Of a DNA stretch of 64,000 nucleotides, positions 57,846 through 64,000 are shown piece after piece. This DNA comes from an uncultured Candidatus Saccharibacteria bacterium (GTDB taxonomy: Bacteria > Patescibacteriota > Saccharimonadia > CAZBQI01): the NCBI GenBank assembly GCA_964494105.1, contig CAZBQI010000001.1, positions 3,126 through 67,125 on the forward strand, in the 5' to 3' direction. The position numbers and the translations under genes are program-made. The notes under the pieces were generated by a model. That model did no database searches, was not told the DNA's origin, and saw only the letters and a program-made list of their open reading frames with translations. Within the stretch, counting starts at the first letter, position 1, and each line of letters starts with the position of its first letter.

Positions 57846-57957
57846 TGGCGGAGAGGGAGGGATGAACGCTTCGCTACTCCCTACGTGCCTTTCTCGATGC
57901 AAGCACCTGCGAGAGACACTTGTGATTGAACCTTAGAACCGAATCCTTCTTTTCTTC
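57846..57957 (-). other. 112-nt tRNA 3' appendix ending in a duplicated tRNA-Ser 3' end
   Basis: TGGCGGAGAGGGAGGGAT at 57958-57975 repeated at 57846-57863. Confidence 0.75.
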
Positions 57958-58049
57958 TGGCGGAGAGGGAGGGATTCGAACCCTCGAAGCCCGTTGCCGA
58001 ACTTACCACCTTTCCAAGGTGGCGCACTAAACCGCTATGCGACCTCTCC
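57958..58049 (-). tRNA. tRNA-Ser(GGA)
   Basis: CCACC-TTGGAAA-GGTGG anticodon arm, variable arm, GGTTCGAATCC, CCA. Confidence 0.95.
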
Positions 58050-58114
58050 AGATATGATAATTTTAACACTTCTCAGAGATTGTAATACATGGAAATATAT
58101 GCTATAAAATATAT

Positions 58115-58498
58115 ATGGCTAGCCCTGAATCTATTTCAGAACAAGATCAATCAATATCTGAGATACTTGGAACTCCATGTCAAACAGTAGCACTTTCACC
58201 CGAATTAACTCGCTCATTAGTTGAATTCTATTTGACCGATTTAGTTAGAGGCGAGGATCCTGGTGTTTACAAGCCTGAGTATATAGCACGTCAGCGACGA
58301 AAAATGATAGAAGATATTGAACTGGGATTCTACGAAGGTATTGCCGATACTAATGGCCAGCTAGTTGTTGCCCTCTGGGATGGCGAAAGTCAGGTGGGCA
58401 GGTCTATGACACCAATTTTCATGCATAAAGATTTTGAAGGAAAAAAAGAAGATCTCACGCGTTATCTGACACTACGTTCATATGGATTTGATTCATAA
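58115..58498 (+). CDS. Hypothetical protein
   Basis: 127-aa ORF after an AT-rich -10-like box. Confidence 0.55.
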   Translation: MASPESISEQDQSISEILGTPCQTVALSPELTRSLVEFYLTDLVRGEDPGVYKPEYIARQRRKMIEDIELGFYEGIADTNGQLVVALWDGESQVGRSMTPIFMHKDFEGKKEDLTRYLTLRSYGFDS

Positions 58499-58535
58499 GT
58501 TGCAATAGTTAACAGAGAAGCGTAAGCTGTAACGC

Positions 58536-58613
58536 ATGGGCAATATAACAAACAAGGAGCTACAGTTCTCTACGTCTTTTGGCGTATATGAACGCGCAGA
58601 GTCTGTGAGTTAA
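58536..58613 (+). CDS. Putative 25-aa leader peptide
   Basis: MGNITNKELQFSTSFGVYERAESVS*, 7 nt after TTGCAA-17-TAAGCT promoter. Confidence 0.45.
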   Translation: MGNITNKELQFSTSFGVYERAESVS

Positions 58614-58639
58614 TCAGCAATATATTTATTTGATTAATT

Positions 58640-58665
58640 AACGGGCCTGCAAGGGCCCGTTTTCT
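58640..58665 (+). terminator. Intrinsic terminator/attenuator in the ABC exporter leader
   Basis: AACGGGCC-TGCAAG-GGCCCGTT-TTCT. Confidence 0.7.
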
Positions 58666-58697
58666 ATTGCTCAAATTATTAATAATATGGAGTAAAC

Positions 58698-60452
58698 GTG
58701 GGAATAACCCGACGTACATTACATTATTACTGGGGTGCAACCAAGCGCTATAAAGGCGCAGTGGCTATCTTTATGCCGTTAATTACGGTCGCTGTTTTAG
58801 CGAACGATATCGGACGTAGTTTTGTTGTCAGCCTGATTATTAATAACCTCAGCAAATATACAGCCGGGGCAGATACCACTTACCTTTGGCAGTTGTTTGC
58901 CGCCTTTGTTGGTTTAACGATTATCGGTAGTTTGGCCTGGCGAATTGAAGTCATTGTATACATGCGACAAGCAGCTAAGTCACTGGCTGATCTTGAGCGC
59001 ATGATGTTTAAGCGCTTAATGCAACATAGCTACAAATTCTTTACTAATCGATTCGCCGGTTCACTAGTAACACAGTTTAACCGCTTTCTGCGTTCTTACG
59101 AGAGCTTAGAAGATGTGTTTTCTTTCGAGATTTATACAATGTTCATTCGGACGGTCTTTGCGATTATTGTTTTGCTATTTGTGGCTCCATGGATTGGCTG
59201 GGGGCTGCTTGCGTGGGTAATTTTCTTTATTTTGAGTGTGAGTTTTCTGGCTTACAAAAAAATGCCAATATCGAAAATTTCCTCTAAAGCCGACACAAAA
59301 ATTACCGGAGAAGTGGCTGATGCCGTGAGTAATGTATTGACGGTTAAAATGTTTGCTCACAGTGGGTTCGAAAACAAGCGCTTTACGAAAACAAGTGCCG
59401 AGCGATCTCGCTTGCGGTTACGTTCGTGGACGTTCGACGAGTACATTCGTGCCTATCAAACTGTGCTGATGGTAATATTCGAGATCACGGTAATATACTT
59501 TTCGATTAAGTTTGTAATTGATGGCTCTATGAATGTTGCGGCAGTACTACTGGCACAGCTTTACATAAGCCGTATTTATAACGATTTATGGAACTTACAG
59601 AATATTATTCGTCGAGTTGAAATGAGCTTATCAGAAGCTGTAGAAATGACGGAAATACTAGATTTACCTCTAGAGGTGGCCGATATTAAGCATCCAAAAA
59701 AAGCTGATTTCAGTGAAGGGAAGATTGAATTTAAGGATGTTACCTTTAAATACGGTAAACGCGACAAATTAGTGTTCGATAATTTCAATTTGACTATTCG
59801 ACCCGGTGAACGCGTTGGGTTGGTTGGTCATTCCGGTGGTGGAAAAACAACGCTCACAAAGCTCTTGCTTCGCTTTGCGGATGTATCGGGTGGGGCGGTG
59901 TTAGTTGATGGGCAAAATATTGCCAGTATTCCCCAAGAGGACTTACGGGCGAATATAGCCTATGTACCGCAGGAACCAATTTTGTTCCACAGAAGTCTAA
60001 TGGAAAATATTCGCTATGGCCGGCTAGATGCTACCGACGAGGAAGTTTACGAGGCGGCACGCATGGCTCATGCGGCAGACTTTATTGACTCGTTACCAGA
60101 CAAATACGAAACGCTGGTCGGTGAGCGTGGGCTTAAACTAAGTGGCGGTCAAAAACAGCGCGTTGCGATTGCCCGAGCCATGCTTTCTAAGGCACCTATT
60201 CTGTTGCTTGACGAGGCTACTAGTTCGCTAGACAGCAAGAGCGAAAAGCTAATTGCGGAGGGCTTAAGTGCGCTCATGGAAAAACGCACTACAATCGTGA
60301 TTGCCCACCGGCTCTCAACTATTCGGCGACTTGATCGGATTTTGGTCTTGCACAACGGTGATGTGACTGAGCAGGGCACTCATGATGAGTTGCTCAAGAG
60401 AAACGGCATATATAAGGAGCTTTGGGGTCACCAGTCCGGTGATTTTATGTAG
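58698..60452 (+). CDS. ABC exporter, fused permease/ATPase (multidrug/lipid type)
   Basis: TM domain plus GHSGGGKTT, LSGGQKQRVAIAR, LDEATS, IAHRLST. Confidence 0.95.
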   Translation: MGITRRTLHYYWGATKRYKGAVAIFMPLITVAVLANDIGRSFVVSLIINNLSKYTAGADTTYLWQLFAAFVGLTIIGSLAWRIEVIVYMRQAAKSLADLERMMFKRLMQHSYKFFTNRFAGSLVTQFNRFLRSYESLEDVFSFEIYTMFIRTVFAIIVLLFVAPWIGWGLLAWVIFFILSVSFLAYKKMPISKISSKADTKITGEVADAVSNVLTVKMFAHSGFENKRFTKTSAERSRLRLRSWTFDEYIRAYQTVLMVIFEITVIYFSIKFVIDGSMNVAAVLLAQLYISRIYNDLWNLQNIIRRVEMSLSEAVEMTEILDLPLEVADIKHPKKADFSEGKIEFKDVTFKYGKRDKLVFDNFNLTIRPGERVGLVGHSGGGKTTLTKLLLRFADVSGGAVLVDGQNIASIPQEDLRANIAYVPQEPILFHRSLMENIRYGRLDATDEEVYEAARMAHAADFIDSLPDKYETLVGERGLKLSGGQKQRVAIARAMLSKAPILLLDEATSSLDSKSEKLIAEGLSALMEKRTTIVIAHRLSTIRRLDRILVLHNGDVTEQGTHDELLKRNGIYKELWGHQSGDFM

Positions 60453-60515
60453 GCCACTTCTTAGTTATAAGTGCGAAAAACAAGTCACATGCATTAGCGT
60501 ATAATTGCATGAGAA

Positions 60516-61220
60516 ATGTACGAATTACCAAGCAATTTATATCCGTGGCTTGTTGGGAGTGTTGTACTTTTGCTTTTTGGTTTTCGCGGCTACGCCAATT
60601 ATCGCAGGCTACACAATCCACTTTCTCTTCTATTTGCAGTTAGTGGCTTTCTAATTGGTGGAGCTTTCTTTTTTTGGTCGGTGCCATTCTTTTTTGTAGA
60701 CACCAATGGGGCGATGATCATAGTTTCGCTAATTGGTGATGCTATGTATTATGCGATGCTGTCGCTACAGCTATACATAACTTATTACCTTGTTCTCAAA
60801 GAAAAAATTGTAACATCGTATGTAATTGTGCCAGCAGTGATGCTAGGTATAGCTGGGTGGCTTAGTCATTTATACGGCTACATTAAGTATGGTTTATCTG
60901 TCGCAAGCGGGTCTTTTGAGTACACTTTGCCACTATTATCATCGGTAATTCAGTTATTCCTTTTGGCGAATGTATTTCTGATAGGTGTCATTATGCTTTC
61001 GAAGATAAAACAGCAATCCAGCGCTCGTGGTAAAGCTGGAATACTTGGGATTTCGGCCATTTACATTTTGTCTGCACTAGGTGGGATGTTAAATATTCTT
61101 TTGTCAGGTGAGCCAAACCAGTCACCAGCCATCATTTTGAGCTATGCTGCCGGCTTTGCTCTTTTTGCCGGACTTCTAATCCTGGCAAGGCTATTAAGCA
61201 TAAAAAGAAAAAATGGGTAG
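60516..61220 (+). CDS. 7-TM membrane protein (HisKA_7TM-like, no kinase domain)
   Basis: About seven hydrophobic helices; paralog of the next gene. Confidence 0.65.
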   Translation: MYELPSNLYPWLVGSVVLLLFGFRGYANYRRLHNPLSLLFAVSGFLIGGAFFFWSVPFFFVDTNGAMIIVSLIGDAMYYAMLSLQLYITYYLVLKEKIVTSYVIVPAVMLGIAGWLSHLYGYIKYGLSVASGSFEYTLPLLSSVIQLFLLANVFLIGVIMLSKIKQQSSARGKAGILGISAIYILSALGGMLNILLSGEPNQSPAIILSYAAGFALFAGLLILARLLSIKRKNG

Positions 61221-61914
61221 CATACCAACCAACGTAATTCCTTATCTAATAGGGGCGCTCGCAACATTTGTCGTTGGGGTAAGATCTACTCAAAACTATC
61301 ATAAATTTAGATCACCGCTTAGTCGTCACTTTGCGATCTCCGGTTTCTTGGCGTCAGCCGGTCTTTTCTTATACTCGGTACCCTTTATATTTGGTTTGAG
61401 TGGAGATTCATTACGCTCACCCTTGCTTTTAGGTCGATTCTTTTTAGACTTGGTTGCGTACATTCAGGTTTATTTAATTTGGTATTTAACAAGTCTTCGT
61501 CGAGTTAGTCTTGGTTGGTTGGCATTGCCAGCAACTGCGATATTTATGATTGGTTATGCCATTCAGGTCAAATATCTATTGACTGCCAGTCTAGGTGTAG
61601 TTAATGGCAGCGCCACAACGGAATTTGTAGCCACGGCGGCGTATTTTCATGCGTTTGCACTATTAATAGTGTTTTGTGCCGGGCTGATTTTAGCAAAAAA
61701 CGCATTTGTTCAAAATGATACTCGTGGTAAGGTGAGGCTGTTTTCGGTTGCATTATTGTATATGGCTGCATCGGCTAGTGATTTTTATGGAGCGATATTT
61801 CTTGGTGGTTTAAACAACTCTTGGGTGGTTTTGGCGGGTTTCTTAGTAGCCTCCGGCGGATTCCTGCTGACTTCTTTTTTATTTACAGATAGAAAAGAAA
61901 CAGAGAAGAAGTGA
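61213..61914 (+). CDS. 7-TM membrane protein, paralog of the previous gene
   Basis: Shared NY...R/H.PLS..FA.SGFL...F..SVPF.F and RGK motifs. Confidence 0.65.
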   Translation: MGSIPTNVIPYLIGALATFVVGVRSTQNYHKFRSPLSRHFAISGFLASAGLFLYSVPFIFGLSGDSLRSPLLLGRFFLDLVAYIQVYLIWYLTSLRRVSLGWLALPATAIFMIGYAIQVKYLLTASLGVVNGSATTEFVATAAYFHAFALLIVFCAGLILAKNAFVQNDTRGKVRLFSVALLYMAASASDFYGAIFLGGLNNSWVVLAGFLVASGGFLLTSFLFTDRKETEKK

Positions 61915-61975
61915 GTAATTGTACAATAAACTAGCAATATAGCAAATCATATTATATAATAAATCATTATGATTA

Positions 61976-63262
61976 GTGTTTTTTGGTGTGTTAGAGACCG
62001 CTATGTTTAGTGAGGCCAGTGCCACTATCGAGGGAGAGCCAGCTGAGGTTTTAGAACATAGTCTGCCCGGCGGGCATCAGCTATTTGAATACCCACGGAA
62101 TGACGGAACTTCACTTTCACTCGAAATTAATCCTACTGATTATGTGTTAGCGAGCCACAATGTTGAGCTTGCAGATGGGCCGTCTGGGTCTGTAGTAGTG
62201 ATTTCAGGCGGTGTAGCAACCGGCCCAAATGCGTATAGAGTTGGCGCTAATAATGCCGGTAACCAATCAGGCACCGGCCCGATATTCCTGATACATGCAA
62301 ATGAAGGCAGTTTAGGCCAACCGGTAATGCCGGCCCACATTGAGGCATTAGAGCACGGTTTTAGGAGAGTCGGGGAATTGCACCACGAACAATCTGTAAC
62401 GTGGGTTCAGCACTCATTAGGCGGGGTAAAAGGCGTCCGATTTATGTCTTCTCAGACGGAACAGGTAACGACAAGTGCTATTGAACAAGAAATGGAAACG
62501 ATAGTTCTTGAACAAGAAGCGCTTTTAGAATTAGAGGGCTTGACTATAGCGGCGGAAGCCGGAAATCCCGAAGTAACCAGTATGCTCGACAATATCGATA
62601 CGATTCTAATTGATTCCGGGGCCGGTCACGACGAATCTTTAGCAAAAAGACGATTGGCTATCGCTATGACCCACCAAACAGCTAGACTCCTCATAAGCAC
62701 AGCAAAAACTTTGCCACGGATGTATTTTGATTGGCGTCAGGATAACCCACCGTTGCTTGACGCAGGTGTAACAAAAGAATTCTCTAGAAATATGGCAAGA
62801 ATTATTAAACGGGCTGAAGATGCTGCATATGCCACAAGGAACCACCGTGATTTGCTAGTAGCGCTTAATAATCATCCGAAACTTGCTGGGAAAATAATTG
62901 TAATTGGGCGCGAAAAAGAGGCCACAGTTCATAAAAAGGGTGAAGTAAAAGAATTCCTAGAAAGTCTACCAGATGATATGGCTTGGGTATTACTGGCGGG
63001 TGAGCATGATTGCCTTAGTACCGACTCTGATGAGCTAACGAGGGTGCTAAGGCTTCGGAACACTGCTACACCAAAAGTGGTTTCTGACGAAGAACTTGCT
63101 GGGCACAGTGCGCATATTAAAGCAGTAACTCCGGAATTGCATAGATTTGCGCACGTGGCATTTAAATATGCAGGAAAGACGGCGGTAGCAGGTGCGGTAG
63201 CAGGTTTAGTAGTTGGTGCCAACGCATTAAGAAGACGGCATTCCAATAAGGCAAAGGAATGA
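61976..63262 (+). CDS. Possible alpha/beta-hydrolase-fold protein (start uncertain, perhaps 62003)
   Basis: QHSLGG nucleophile elbow, late GEHD His; C-terminal hydrophobic/basic anchor. Confidence 0.5.
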   Translation: MFFGVLETAMFSEASATIEGEPAEVLEHSLPGGHQLFEYPRNDGTSLSLEINPTDYVLASHNVELADGPSGSVVVISGGVATGPNAYRVGANNAGNQSGTGPIFLIHANEGSLGQPVMPAHIEALEHGFRRVGELHHEQSVTWVQHSLGGVKGVRFMSSQTEQVTTSAIEQEMETIVLEQEALLELEGLTIAAEAGNPEVTSMLDNIDTILIDSGAGHDESLAKRRLAIAMTHQTARLLISTAKTLPRMYFDWRQDNPPLLDAGVTKEFSRNMARIIKRAEDAAYATRNHRDLLVALNNHPKLAGKIIVIGREKEATVHKKGEVKEFLESLPDDMAWVLLAGEHDCLSTDSDELTRVLRLRNTATPKVVSDEELAGHSAHIKAVTPELHRFAHVAFKYAGKTAVAGAVAGLVVGANALRRRHSNKAKE

Positions 63263-63990
63263 ACGAGTTTGCTAAGTTAGCTGATCGTCCAGAGGCAACA
63301 GCCGTTGTCGTAGTTGGTCGAGAATTAGTCACCAATACAATTGATACGCTTGCATGTGTTGCCGATGTATTTGAGCTTAGAGCCGATTTGTTACCTTCCC
63401 AAAAGGCCGAATACCTTGAGGAACGAGCAAAGGAGCTTGGGGCATTACCAGTGCTAGCCACAATACGAAGCGCCTATGAGGGTGGGAATTGGCGCTGGAC
63501 TGACGAAGAAAAGCTGGGATTATTTGAATCGTTATTACCGCACGTCAATGCCGTAGATGGCGAGGTCGAGTCTTTTAGTTTGCTTGCTGAATTAGAAGAA
63601 CTGGCGCACAGCGCAGACAGAATCTTAGTTGTTTCAAGTCACGACTTTGAAAATACACCGCAGCTAAAGGTTATGGAAGAAACTTATCGCCGGGCAATAG
63701 ATGCCGGAGCTGATTTCGTAAAACTGGCAGTTATGGCCGAAACCATTCAGGAATACGAGAGGTTAAAGGAGTTTGCCGGCAATCATCGTGGCGATAATTT
63801 AGCGACGGTGGCCATGGGTAAATTTGGCCCGCAATCAAGAGTTGAGCTTCCGGTTCGTGGGCTAACAGCTTTTACCTTTGCATCAGATGGTATTGAGGCA
63901 GTAGCGCCGGGTCAGTTAAGCATTACTGACTTACGCAAATTCTTGCAGTATTTTGACCCCGGTGGCTACGGCCGATTAGAGCATCGCTAG
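63259..63990 (+). CDS. aroD: Type I 3-dehydroquinate dehydratase
   Basis: ELRAD, ATIRS..EGG, SSHDFENTP, KLAV, MGKFG..SR, APGQ. Confidence 0.9.
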   Translation: MNEFAKLADRPEATAVVVVGRELVTNTIDTLACVADVFELRADLLPSQKAEYLEERAKELGALPVLATIRSAYEGGNWRWTDEEKLGLFESLLPHVNAVDGEVESFSLLAELEELAHSADRILVVSSHDFENTPQLKVMEETYRRAIDAGADFVKLAVMAETIQEYERLKEFAGNHRGDNLATVAMGKFGPQSRVELPVRGLTAFTFASDGIEAVAPGQLSITDLRKFLQYFDPGGYGRLEHR

Positions 63991-64000
63991 CACCTGTATA

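Noticed and set aside
27972-57957. Prophage or genomic island integrated at the tRNAs
   Set aside because: The duplicated 3' ends are only 112-153 nt from their tRNAs; no integrase or phage genes are visible.
344-63461. Numerous 60-200 aa antisense or alternative-frame ORFs in the track
   Set aside because: They shadow well-supported genes or tRNAs and show no recognisable motifs.
1-64000. CRISPR array
   Set aside because: No regularly spaced 25-45 bp direct repeats with unique spacers and no cas genes seen.

Overview
Origin-proximal 64 kb of a small-genome bacterium. The gene content (PrgI/VirB4/VirB6-like T4SS with a VirB2-like pilin array, patchy metabolism) suggests Patescibacteria/Saccharibacteria; this is an inference. 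Standard code 11. It begins with a partial rpmH, DnaA boxes, dnaA-dnaN-recF-dciA, then a ~22 kb T4SS/cell-wall-hydrolase/pilin locus (4.5-26.3 kb). The rest is housekeeping and accessory genes (hsp20, comF, folP, ahcY, valS, tsaD, murE, groES/EL with CIRCE, ABC transporters, aroD) and five tRNAs (all four Ser isoacceptors plus Arg-GCG). Most notable: (1) the VirB6-like gene is split by a four-helix-bundle (IVP/Avd-like) cassette flanked by inverted heptamer-repeat arms, and related heptamer arrays sit directly before three other start codons; (2) a decayed in-frame peptidase-S74-like autocleavage domain follows the VirB6 C-terminal half; (3) three tRNAs carry 110-153 nt structured 3' appendices ending in a duplicate tRNA 3' end with CCA, and two share a covarying RNA motif across isotypes; (4) a leader peptide/terminator precedes an ABC exporter. 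All calls are by eye; no searches were run.
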